NCBI GenBank assembly: GCA_963768855.1
Contig: CAVYJM010000006.1
Span: 608,001 to 672,000 of the forward strand
From: an uncultured Thermoplasmata archaeon
GTDB taxonomy: Archaea > Thermoplasmatota > Thermoplasmata > RBG-16-68-12
Reading direction: 5' to 3'
Length of the DNA stretch: 64,000 nt
In this document: piece by piece, positions 38,973-47,464 of the stretch
How the letters are laid out: the number at the start of each line of letters is the position of its first letter
Numbering within the stretch: the stretch's first letter is position 1
Position numbers and translations under genes: made by a program
The notes under the pieces: generated by a model
The model's input: only the letters and a program-made list of their open reading frames with translations
The model's database searches: none
Told to the model about the DNA's origin: nothing

Positions 38973-39542
38973 ATGGGCGCCAAGATTCATCCAACCGCTG
39001 AAGTCTCGGCGGAAGCTGATGTCGGCGACGGCACCTCGATCTGGCACTGGGCCCAGGTCCGCGAGCGAGCGCGGATCGGCGCACGCTGCAACATCGGCAA
39101 GGACGTCTACATCGACACGGACGTGGTCGTGGGCGACGACTGCAAGATCCAGAACTTCGCAACCCTCTACCACGGCCTGACCGTCGGGAACCGCGTGTTC
39201 ATCGGCCCCCACGCCTGCTTCACGAACGACCCGTACCCGAGGGCCGTGAGCCCAGACTGGAAGGTCGTCCCTACGAAGGTCGAGGACGGCGCGTCGATCG
39301 GCGCGAACGCGACGATCCTCTGCGGGATCACGATCGGCCGGAACGCGATGGTCGCGGCGGGCGCCGTCGTCACGAAGGACGTCCCCGCGCACGCCCTCGT
39401 CGCCGGCGTGCCCGCGAAGGTCGTCGGCTGGGTCTGCGAATGCGGCCGCCCCCTGGACGCCCGGATGCGCTGCGCCCACGACGGCAAGTCCTTCCCCGAC
39501 CTGAAGCCGAAGAGGGCGAAGCCTTCCCGCCGCCGGAAGTGA
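38973..39542 (+). CDS. wbpD: hexapeptide-repeat N-acetyltransferase (WbpD/WlbB-like)
   Basis: IHPTAEVS..VGDGTSIWHWAQVR, CKIQN, FIGPHACFTND.YPR, SIGANATILCG, C-terminal CECG. Confidence 0.88.
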   Translation: MGAKIHPTAEVSAEADVGDGTSIWHWAQVRERARIGARCNIGKDVYIDTDVVVGDDCKIQNFATLYHGLTVGNRVFIGPHACFTNDPYPRAVSPDWKVVPTKVEDGASIGANATILCGITIGRNAMVAAGAVVTKDVPAHALVAGVPAKVVGWVCECGRPLDARMRCAHDGKSFPDLKPKRAKPSRRRK

Positions 39543-39584
39543 GGAGCGAACCTTCATACCATCCGCGTCCGTTGCGCGCGCCCG

Positions 39585-40685
39585 ATGATCCCGATCGCGA
39601 AGCCCCTCCTCGGCGAGGCCGAGCTCGCCGCGATCAAGGAGGTCCTCGAGTCCGGGCGGCTCGTCCAGGGCCCGAAGGTCGAGGCGTTCGAGAAGGCCTT
39701 CGCCTCCTACCTGGGCCGCAAGCACGCGATCGCCGTCGCCACGGGCACGGCCGCGCTCCAGGTCGCCCTCCTCGCCCACCGGATCGGGAAGGGCCGCGAG
39801 GTCGTCATCCCCCCGCTCACGTTCTTCGCCTCCGCCTCGACCGTCCTCCAGGCGGGCGCCAGGCCCGTCTTCTCCGACGTCGACCGCGCGTCGTACAACC
39901 TCGACCCGGCGAAGCTCCCCGCCGCGATCACGCGTAAGACGCAGGCCGTCATGCCCGTCCACCTGTACGGCCAGACGACGGACATGGACCCCGTCCTCGA
40001 GGCGGCGAAGGACCACGACCTCGTCGTGATCGAGGACGCCTGCCAGGCCCACGGGGCCGAGTACCACGGCAAGAAGGCGGGTCACCTCGGCGATTCCGCG
40101 TGCTTCTCGTTCTACGCGACGAAGAACATGACGACGGGCGAGGGCGGCATGGTCGTCACGGACGACGCGGACGTGGCGGAGCGCGCGCGCCTGCTGCGGG
40201 ACCACGGCCAGGCGCACAAGTACGAGCACGTGATGCTCGGCTACAACCTGCGCATGACGGAGATCGCGGCGGCCATCGGCCTCGTGCAGCTCTCCAAGCT
40301 CGAGGGCTGGGTCCAGCGGCGCCGCGAGAACGCGAAGGCGCTGACGAAGGGCCTCGCGGGAATCGACGGCCTCATCCCGCCTGCGGAGGGCAACTGGATG
40401 GTCCACGCGTACTACCAGTACATCGTCCGCGCGGAGCCGCCCTTCCGCCTGTCCCGGGACGAGGTCATCCAGGCCCTGACCGACGACGGCGTGGGCTCGC
40501 GCGCCTCGTACCCCCTGCCGCTGTACAAGCAGGCGGCCCTCAAGGATCTCCGGCTCCGCGGGCGCTGCCCCGTGGCCGAGGAGGTCGTCGGTCGGCTCTT
40601 CGAGCTGCCCGTCCACCCCGCCGTCACGTCCGCGGACCTCGAGACGATCGTCGAGGCGGTCAACCGCGTCGCCACGCCGGCGTGA
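39585..40685 (+). CDS. wbpE: DegT/DnrJ/EryC1/StrS aminotransferase (WbpE-like)
   Basis: TFFASAS, MPVHLYGQ, IEDACQAHGA, SFYATKNMTTGEGG, GYNLRMTEIAAAIG. Confidence 0.9.
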   Translation: MIPIAKPLLGEAELAAIKEVLESGRLVQGPKVEAFEKAFASYLGRKHAIAVATGTAALQVALLAHRIGKGREVVIPPLTFFASASTVLQAGARPVFSDVDRASYNLDPAKLPAAITRKTQAVMPVHLYGQTTDMDPVLEAAKDHDLVVIEDACQAHGAEYHGKKAGHLGDSACFSFYATKNMTTGEGGMVVTDDADVAERARLLRDHGQAHKYEHVMLGYNLRMTEIAAAIGLVQLSKLEGWVQRRRENAKALTKGLAGIDGLIPPAEGNWMVHAYYQYIVRAEPPFRLSRDEVIQALTDDGVGSRASYPLPLYKQAALKDLRLRGRCPVAEEVVGRLFELPVHPAVTSADLETIVEAVNRVATPA

Positions 40686-40728
40686 GCCGTAACCGAACGA
40701 AGGAAAGATTCAAGCCCTCGCGCGCCGA

Positions 40729-41937
40729 GTGGCGCGGCGGAGGTGGGGGTCCACGAACTGCCCCGCGTGCGCCACGTGGAACAAGGACGAGGCGCTCTTC
40801 TGCAAGTACTGCGGCTTCGACCTGTCGAAGGTCCCGAAGCCCGTCGTCCCGCCGCCGCCCGCGGCGCCTCCCGCCCCGGCGTACGCGCCGCCCGCGGCCG
40901 TTGTCCCGCGGCCCGTGCGCGTCCGCACGTGGTGGCACGGGATCGGCGTGTTCGTCATCCTGGCGGTCGCCCTCCTCGTGATCGATGTGGCGGCGAACGC
41001 GCGGTTCACGTGGTCCTTCGTCGGCGTCCTCTCGGCCGCCTTCATCGTCGGGGGCGTGATGATCCTCCAGTTCCTCGCCACGACGGATCGCCGGGACCGG
41101 CGGCCGTTCGTCGCGGGCGCCGCCCTCCTCATCGGCGCGGTCCTCCTCCTGCCCGTGGCCGTGGCCCTGCAGAGCACCCCGACCTTCACGGACACGTACA
41201 CGGTCGCCAACCGCTCCGGCATCGGCACGGTCGCCCTGGACGTCCGGGACTACGTCGGGCACGTGACCGTCGCCTTCGCCTCGTCTCCGGGCTACTTGCT
41301 GCGCGCGGAGGTCACCCACCTGGGCGGCCTGTTCTCGAGCCACTACCCCGGCGACGCCGTCGCCTCGAACGCGACGTCCGGGAACACCCTCAACTTCACC
41401 CTCGTCGCGAAGGGGGTGCAGGGACTCTTCTTCCTGGGCGGGCACGACATCGTCGTGACCGTCTCGACCGCCGTGGCGGTGACCATGCAGCTCCAGTCGA
41501 CGACGGGGGACGTCGACGTCACGGTGCCCGCGGGCGTGGTCCTGGCGAGCCCCGGGATCTCCGCCACGGTGACGACGGGCAGCGTGCGTATCACCGCGAC
41601 GGACGCGGTCTACCGGGCCGGCGCGGGGCTGCGGGGCGCGTCGACGACGGGCAACGTGGCGATCACGGTCACGCAGACCGTCCCCCAGGGGGCGGTCGCC
41701 ACGGTCTCCGGGTCGTCCACGACCGGATCCGTCGCCTTCACGTTCAACCACGGGAGCGGGGTCGCGGCCCGCGTGGCCTCGTCCGTGACCACGGGCTCCG
41801 TGAACCCGGACCTGTCCAAGTATTCGGGGGCGACCAACGCCCTCCTCTTCGCCCCGGACGTGGCGATCTACGACGCCGCCGCGATGCAATTCCAGGTGAC
41901 GCTCGAGTCGACGACCGGGAGCATCGATCTGAGGTGA
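40729..41937 (+). CDS. Zn-ribbon membrane protein with C-terminal adhesin-like (DUF4097-type) beta repeats
   Basis: CPAC..CKYC, Pro-rich linker, 4 TM, repeated STTG(D/S/N)V motifs. Confidence 0.78.
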   Translation: MARRRWGSTNCPACATWNKDEALFCKYCGFDLSKVPKPVVPPPPAAPPAPAYAPPAAVVPRPVRVRTWWHGIGVFVILAVALLVIDVAANARFTWSFVGVLSAAFIVGGVMILQFLATTDRRDRRPFVAGAALLIGAVLLLPVAVALQSTPTFTDTYTVANRSGIGTVALDVRDYVGHVTVAFASSPGYLLRAEVTHLGGLFSSHYPGDAVASNATSGNTLNFTLVAKGVQGLFFLGGHDIVVTVSTAVAVTMQLQSTTGDVDVTVPAGVVLASPGISATVTTGSVRITATDAVYRAGAGLRGASTTGNVAITVTQTVPQGAVATVSGSSTTGSVAFTFNHGSGVAARVASSVTTGSVNPDLSKYSGATNALLFAPDVAIYDAAAMQFQVTLESTTGSIDLR

Positions 41938-41943
41938 ACGTGG

Positions 41944-42306
41944 ATGTTCTGCAGCCGCTGCGGGGGCCGGAATGACGAGGACGCGAAGTTCTGCGAGAAG
42001 TGCGGGGCCGACCTGGGCGCGATGCCGAGGCCCAGCGTCGTGGGCGCCGCACCCGCGGCCGCGCCGAGCCCGCCGCCCGGGATGGCGCCCCCCGTGGCGC
42101 CTCCGTACGCCTACCCGCCCGCGCACCGTCACACCTGGTGGTACCCGATCGGCGTGTGGGTCATCCTCTCCGGGTTCTTCGCCTTCATCGACGTGACCGC
42201 GACGCGCACGATCACCTGGAGCGTCTGGCCCATCGGGATCCTCGGGATCTTCATGGTCGGCATCCCGCTCCTGAACCTCCTCGAGGAGAAGTCGACCCGT
42301 CGGTGA
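41944..42306 (+). CDS. Zn-ribbon + 2TM-like membrane protein
   Basis: MFCSRCG..FCEKCG, Pro-rich linker, TWWYPIGVWVIL..IDV..TWSVWPIGILG. Confidence 0.82.
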   Translation: MFCSRCGGRNDEDAKFCEKCGADLGAMPRPSVVGAAPAAAPSPPPGMAPPVAPPYAYPPAHRHTWWYPIGVWVILSGFFAFIDVTATRTITWSVWPIGILGIFMVGIPLLNLLEEKSTRR

Positions 42307-42414
42307 TCCCCGGGACCTGATCCCGAGCACCGGATACCACGCGCTCCGGGACGCAAAGAGGGAAATGGGGCCGCAGGTTCTCCCGCGGGGAGCGAGGTGG
42401 GCCGGATCGACCCG

Positions 42415-43084
42415 ATGGAGTACGCGTCGCGCCTCCGCGAAGGCGAAGCGCACGAGCGGCGCCTCGAGTGGGAGACCGCGGCGGGCCTCTACGACCGCCT
42501 CCTTGGCGACCTCGGCTCCGTCGCGGCGGACGACCGCACGGGACGTCGGCTGCGGGCCCTGGTCCGCCTGCGCCGCGCGAACGCCCTGATGGAGTTGGAG
42601 CGATGGGACGAGGCCCGCGGCGCGCTGGACGGAGCGCTCGATGACGCGAAGGCGTCCGCGGATGGCGAGGTCCTCGCCCAGGCCCTCCTCGCCGCGGGAG
42701 TCTACGCCACGAACCGCGGGGACACCGCGCGGGCGGAGGCGTTCCTCATGGACGCGCTTGGACCGCTACCACCGCACGGACGACCGCGCGGCCCTCCAGG
42801 GCCGCGGCTGGGCCTTCCTGAACCTCGCCGCCCTGTACGGCAAGACGGCCCGGCTCGACCTCGCGTTCGTGACGTTCACGAAGGCGCAGGACGTGCTCGG
42901 GGCCGCGGAGGACTGGGCTGGGGTCGCGGCGGCCTGGGAGGCCCAGGCCCAGCTGCGCCGCGCGATCCAGGACGAGGACCGCTGGCGGGACGACCTCGCG
43001 GAGGCCGTCGTGTTCTACGACCGTGCGGCGATGAAGGAGAAGGCGGACCGCCTGCGCGGCCTGCTCGGCCGCCGGCTCGTCTGA
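42415..43084 (+). CDS. TPR-like helical protein (1-nt indel near 42765)
   Basis: Two overlapping ORFs join at atggacgcgcttggaccgctac into ..MDALDRYHRTDD..; helical A/L-rich repeats. Confidence 0.72.
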
Positions 43085-43121
43085 TCGGAAAGCCCGCGGG
43101 GGACCGTGGCCCGTCGGAGCG

Positions 43122-43147
43122 AAGCCAACCTTGTTTAAGGTTGACTT
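43122..43147. promoter_or_regulatory. palindromic operator overlapping a TTTAAG TATA-like box
   Basis: AAG(C)CAACCTT-GTTT-AAGGTTG(A)CTT, 10 of 11 bp inverted repeat, upstream of the Cys-rich gene at 43231. Confidence 0.55.
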
Positions 43148-43230
43148 GCGCCGCATTCCCGGGATCGCGCCGGTGGTACGTATTGCAGGCACGGAGCCTT
43201 GAAGCCGCCGAGGTCGGCTCGTCCACCGGA

Positions 43231-43647
43231 ATGGAAGACTCGGTCTACTACGCGAACATCCTCCGGTCACGGGAGTGCTCTGTGTGCGGCGCGGATCGCA
43301 GGGCTGCCGTGGTCCTCGTGGTCCAGGCGTGCGCGGTCTGCCGCACGGCCCTCGACGACGGCCACGCGCTCCTCGCGATCGCGAAAGGCGCGGCAAAGGC
43401 CGTGTGCTCCTACCCCTGCCTCGAGGTCGTCCTGAACGAGGGTCTGGCGGGCGGGACCGTGTGTCCGGCGTGCGCGAGCGAGTGGTCCGCGGCGGCGCCC
43501 CATCCCCGTTCCTGCCGCACCTGCGCGAAGGAGCTGTCCTTCGACGTGGGCTACGTCGGGCTATGGCAGGGCGGCCGGGTGCTCACCCTCTGCGGGATGC
43601 CGTGCCTCGAGATGCACGACGCCCGTGTGAACCCGTTCTGCGGCTGA
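43231..43647 (+). CDS. Cys-rich protein with two TRASH/MYM-like metal-binding units
   Basis: CSVC; CAVC..x21..CSYPC; CPAC; CRTC..x22..CGMPC. Confidence 0.72.
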   Translation: MEDSVYYANILRSRECSVCGADRRAAVVLVVQACAVCRTALDDGHALLAIAKGAAKAVCSYPCLEVVLNEGLAGGTVCPACASEWSAAAPHPRSCRTCAKELSFDVGYVGLWQGGRVLTLCGMPCLEMHDARVNPFCG

Positions 43648-43707
43648 CGTCCGGGAACGCCACCCCACCCTTCAAGTGGTGCGGCGTCTTGGGAGGCGCC
43701 GAGCCCC

Positions 43708-44532
43708 ATGTCTCAGACGTATGTGACCCGCTACCATGGCGAAGAGCCGGTCCTCAACATCCAGAACCTCTGGAAGGCCTACGACGGCTCGCCGGCGCTG
43801 CAGGGGCTCTACCTCGCCTCGTACCCGGGCGAGATCTTCGGGCTCATCGGCCCGAACGGCGCGGGGAAGACGACGACGATCAAGATCCTCGTCGGCCTCT
43901 TGCGGCCCGACGCGGGCGAGGTGCACCTCCTGAACGAGGACATCCTCCGCGACCCAATCTCCTACAAGTCCAAGATCGGCTACATGCCCGAGGCGCCCAC
44001 CCTGCCCGAGTACCTCACGCCGACCGAGTTCCTCGGCTATGTCGCGCGCGTGCGGGACCTGCCGCGGGACCAGATCGCCCCGCGCACGGAGGAGCTCCTG
44101 CGGATGTACGACCTCTCCTCGAAGGCGGACGAGACGGTCGCCTCCCTGTCCAAGGGGATGAAGGCGAAGCTCGCGTTCGCCGCGGCGACGATCCACCGCC
44201 CCGTGTTCCTGATCCTCGACGAGCCCCTCATCGGGATCGACCCCGCGGGCCAGCACCTCGTGAAGGAGCACCTCGTCGACATCGCGAAGTCCGGTGGCAC
44301 GGTCCTCGTGTCGACGCACCAGCTCGACACGGCGGAGCGCCTGTGCAGCCGCGTCGCGATCGTCCACCGCGGCCGGAACGTGGCGACGGGCGACCTCGCG
44401 GCCCTCCGGTCCCAGGCCCACGCGGGCGAGCAGGGTTCGCTCGAGGAGATCTTCCTCAAGCTCACGGAGGAGGCCGGGCTGCCCGAGCCGGAGCGCCCGC
44501 GCCGCCGCGGCCTGCTCTCGCGACGGAGGTAG
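43708..44532 (+). CDS. ABC transporter ATP-binding protein
   Basis: GPNGAGKTT, LSKGMKAKL, LILDEPLIGIDP, STHQLD. Confidence 0.93.
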   Translation: MSQTYVTRYHGEEPVLNIQNLWKAYDGSPALQGLYLASYPGEIFGLIGPNGAGKTTTIKILVGLLRPDAGEVHLLNEDILRDPISYKSKIGYMPEAPTLPEYLTPTEFLGYVARVRDLPRDQIAPRTEELLRMYDLSSKADETVASLSKGMKAKLAFAAATIHRPVFLILDEPLIGIDPAGQHLVKEHLVDIAKSGGTVLVSTHQLDTAERLCSRVAIVHRGRNVATGDLAALRSQAHAGEQGSLEEIFLKLTEEAGLPEPERPRRRGLLSRRR

Positions 44533-44533
44533 G

Positions 44534-46087
44534 ATGTCCCGCGTCCTGACGCTCCTCTCCTACAAGATCCGATTCTTCTTCGGCCCCGCCCTCCGTGGAC
44601 GGCTCGGCCCGCTCGTCTACCTCGGACTGATCCTGCTCTTCGTCCCCTCGGGCTTCGGGATCGGGGTCGCGATCGCCTCGGGCATCAAGGACGCCAGCCC
44701 GGCCCAGGGCGTGGCCACGCTCAGCGGACCGCTCGGCCTGATCCTCGCGGTCGGGTTCCTCTACTCGGTCTTCTCCGGGGTCACCGCCCACGTCTCCGAG
44801 TTCGACTTCTTCATGACCTCGGACATCCGCCCCCGGGAATACCTGCTCGCGGACCTCCTCTTCCAGTTCTTCACCCTGTTCGGCGCGGGCGGGCTCGCCG
44901 CGATCGTCGCGGCGTTCGGGATGGTGTCGTTCGTCGGGCGTCCGATCGGTGCCGTCCTCCCCCTCGTCCTCTGCCTCTTCTCATTCGCCCTCGTCGTCCT
45001 CATGATCATCCAGATCGTCACGATCCTGGGCGTCCGGTATCCGAAGCGACCCGTCCGGTCGGCGGCGCTCGTCCTCTTCCTGCTCTCCCTGCTCCCCGCC
45101 GCGTCGCTCGCCTTCCCCGCGCTGCCCCTCCATCTCCAGGGGATCCCGCTCCCCACGACCGCCTTCGGCACCCTGGGCTACGATGCGCTCATGGGCCTTC
45201 CCCTCGACCCGACGAGCCTGCTCGTCGCCCTGGCGACCGTCCTCCTGGTCGCAGGCCTGTGGGTCGCCGTCTCCGACACGTACATCTTCCACGGGATCCA
45301 CCCGAGCCTCTCCGCGGGGTTCGGCCAGGTCGACATGGCGGCGCGGATGGCGCAGCAGCGGCGCATGACGGCGGGCTTCGGGAAGTTCACGACCGGCCTC
45401 ACCGTGCGGACGGACCGCGGGAACGACACGAGCTACATGTCGCGCTACCACCTCCTCCGGATCGTCCGCGACGGCAGCATCGTCTTCATCGCGCTCTTCG
45501 GGCTCATCTCCCTCATGCCCGTGTCCTTCACGGGCACGTCGACCGCCGCGGCCGGGGAGGCGCCCGTGGCCTACTTGGCGACCCAGATGCTGACCTTCCT
45601 CGTCGCCGTCCTCGCGCTGAACTGGTCCTACTACGAGCGGGAGAACCTCTGGATCGTGGTCGTCGCGGCCCGCTCCCCGGCGGCTTACTTCCGCGGTCTG
45701 CTCGTGAGCTTCATGGTGCTGGGCCTGCTCGTCGCCGCGGTCTTCAGCGTCTTCGTCGTGGCGACGAGCCCGTCCCTCGTCCCGCTCTCCCAGCTCGCGG
45801 TCCCGATCGCCGCGGCGGTCGCGGCCGCGCTCGTCTCGACCGCGCTCCTGACGAGGCTGAAGGTCCAGCCCTCGGCCTTCTCCGCTTCGATGCTCGCCAT
45901 CCTGGTCGCCGCGGTCCTCGCCGGTTACATGGGAGGGCTCCTCGCCCAGGGTCTCCTGATCGTCAGCGAGATCTCGCTCGGCCTGAACACGCTCGCCCAG
46001 GCGTTCGTCCTCCTCGCGTACTGCAGCGCCCTCGCCGCCTTCGGGATGTGGTGGGTCAGCCGGCTTGCCGCGGGCTTCCGTCTCTAG
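44534..46087 (+). CDS. polytopic membrane protein, probable ABC exporter permease
   Basis: About 12 TM; starts 1 nt after the ATPase stop. Confidence 0.78.
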   Translation: MSRVLTLLSYKIRFFFGPALRGRLGPLVYLGLILLFVPSGFGIGVAIASGIKDASPAQGVATLSGPLGLILAVGFLYSVFSGVTAHVSEFDFFMTSDIRPREYLLADLLFQFFTLFGAGGLAAIVAAFGMVSFVGRPIGAVLPLVLCLFSFALVVLMIIQIVTILGVRYPKRPVRSAALVLFLLSLLPAASLAFPALPLHLQGIPLPTTAFGTLGYDALMGLPLDPTSLLVALATVLLVAGLWVAVSDTYIFHGIHPSLSAGFGQVDMAARMAQQRRMTAGFGKFTTGLTVRTDRGNDTSYMSRYHLLRIVRDGSIVFIALFGLISLMPVSFTGTSTAAAGEAPVAYLATQMLTFLVAVLALNWSYYERENLWIVVVAARSPAAYFRGLLVSFMVLGLLVAAVFSVFVVATSPSLVPLSQLAVPIAAAVAAALVSTALLTRLKVQPSAFSASMLAILVAAVLAGYMGGLLAQGLLIVSEISLGLNTLAQAFVLLAYCSALAAFGMWWVSRLAAGFRL

Positions 46088-46417
46088 TCAGAGCGCGCCC
46101 TTCCGGAAGTCGTCGACCACGTCGCCGTACGCCTGGACGAAGTAGCGTGCCGCGTCCCGGAGGCCCTGGCGGCCCTCCCGGGTCAGGCGGTAGACCTTCT
46201 TCCCCGATCGGCCCTGGGGCTTGATGAGCCCCTCTTCCTGGAGGGCCTTCAGCGCGGGGTAGATCGTCCCGGGCGTGGGGCGGTCGAAGCGGCGCTTCGT
46301 GAGCTCGGTCGCGATCTCCGACCCGTACATGGGCCGCTTGCCGAGCAGGTAGAGGATCGAGAAGCTGAGGAAGCCGCGCATGTCGCAGCAGGCGGGCGGG
46401 GGACAGCACTCCGCCAT
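46088..46417 (-). CDS. PadR-family transcriptional regulator with CC-x4-CC N-terminal tag
   Basis: MAECCPPPACCDMRGFLSFSILYLL..PMYGSEI..PTPGTIYPALKAL.EEGLI..KKVYRLT.EG. Confidence 0.9.
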   Translation of the reverse strand: MAECCPPPACCDMRGFLSFSILYLLGKRPMYGSEIATELTKRRFDRPTPGTIYPALKALQEEGLIKPQGRSGKKVYRLTREGRQGLRDAARYFVQAYGDVVDDFRKGAL

Positions 46418-46460
46418 GGGGAGTTCCATGGAGGTCGGAAGCTCCCGGCGACGGATAAAT

Positions 46461-46536
46461 GTATTGGGCGTACGATTATTGGATGTACGATATCCTTATG
46501 TACCGCATCGGGAATCGGGTATTGGGCGTCCAATAC
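46461..46536. promoter_or_regulatory. repeated palindromic operator between padR and arsM
   Basis: Perfect GTATTGG-GCGT-CCAATAC (46519-46536), with degenerate copies GTATTGGGCGTACGATTA (46461) and TATTGGATGTACGATA (46478). Confidence 0.65.
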
Positions 46537-46551
46537 GCCTTGGAGACCGAG

Positions 46552-46677
46552 ATGTTCGGGAACTACGACGAACTGGCGAAGGTGCTGATGAAGGAGCGGG
46601 CGCGGACCGCATGCTGCCGCGGCCCGTTGCGAGAGTGGTGCAACCTCGAGTGCAGGACGGTCGTGCGGCATGGATGA
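46552..46677 (+). CDS. small Cys-rich peptide (41 aa) coupled to arsM
   Basis: TGGAG RBS-like sequence, ATG 46552, MFGNYDELAKVLMKERARTACCRGPLREWCNLECRTVVRHG; overlaps the arsM start. Confidence 0.5.
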   Translation: MFGNYDELAKVLMKERARTACCRGPLREWCNLECRTVVRHG

Positions 46678-47389
46678 ACTGACGATCCGCAGGACGGTCC
46701 GCGAGGTGTACGCGGGCCGGATGAAGGACTGCTGCGGGCCCGAGTCCGCATCGGACTGCGGATGCTCCTCCAACGTTCCCGCCTCGGATGCATCGAGTCC
46801 GCTCCTTTCCATCGGCAAGATGGGAGTCGGGAGCCCCGTGTCCACCCTCGACCCCCGTCCCGGCGAGATCGTCGTCGACCTGGGCAGCGGGCCTGGGCAC
46901 GATGTGCTCGAGGCCGCGGAACGCGTCGGGCCGAACGGACGCGCAATCGGCGTGGACGCGACCGCCGAGATGGTCTACCGCGCCCGGGAGGCCGCCCAGG
47001 CGCTCGGCCGGTCCAACGCGGAGTTCCGGCTCGGCGAGATCGAACACCTGCCCATCGAGTCGGGGACCGTCGACGCGGTCACCTCGGATTGCGTGATCAA
47101 CCTCTCCCCGGACAAGGCGGCCGTCTTCCGCGAAGCCTTCCGGATCCTGAAGCCCGGCGGACGGATCGTCGTCTCCGACGTCGTGGCGGACCGGGAGCTG
47201 CCCGCCGAGGTGCGGCGGGACGCCCAGCTCTGGGCCGCCTGCATCGCCGGGGCCGAGACGGAGGCGACGTACCTTGCGCTCCTCCGGGTCGCCGGTTTCG
47301 AGGACCTCCATTCCGAGAAGAAGGGCGTGTACGCGGCCGGTCTCTCGAAGGCGGTCGTCACCGCGAGGAAACCCCGGACCGCCGCCTGA
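46670..47389 (+). CDS. arsM: arsenite S-adenosylmethyltransferase-like protein
   Basis: VREVYA..CCG..CGC, PGEIVVDLGSGPGHD, IGVDATAEM, FRLGEIEHLP, VTSDCVINLSPDK, WAACIAGA. Confidence 0.82.
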   Translation: MDELTIRRTVREVYAGRMKDCCGPESASDCGCSSNVPASDASSPLLSIGKMGVGSPVSTLDPRPGEIVVDLGSGPGHDVLEAAERVGPNGRAIGVDATAEMVYRAREAAQALGRSNAEFRLGEIEHLPIESGTVDAVTSDCVINLSPDKAAVFREAFRILKPGGRIVVSDVVADRELPAEVRRDAQLWAACIAGAETEATYLALLRVAGFEDLHSEKKGVYAAGLSKAVVTARKPRTAA

Positions 47390-47391
47390 AC

Positions 47392-47406
47392 GTCGGGAAA
47401 CCCGAC
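47392..47406 (+). terminator. hairpin immediately after the arsM stop
   Basis: GTCGGG-AAA-CCCGAC, 6-bp GC-rich stem; no U-tract. Confidence 0.3.
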
Positions 47407-47464
47407 AACAGGCTCATATAGCCCCGCCCCGTCGGGACGCCTCTGCTAGCTGAGAGGATGTCCC

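Noticed and set aside
46459-46551. Tyr/Trp-rich N-terminus (MYWAYDYWMYDILMY) of the 72-aa ORF
   Set aside because: It is the translation of the repeated operator sequences; the RBS-like site supports a start at 46552
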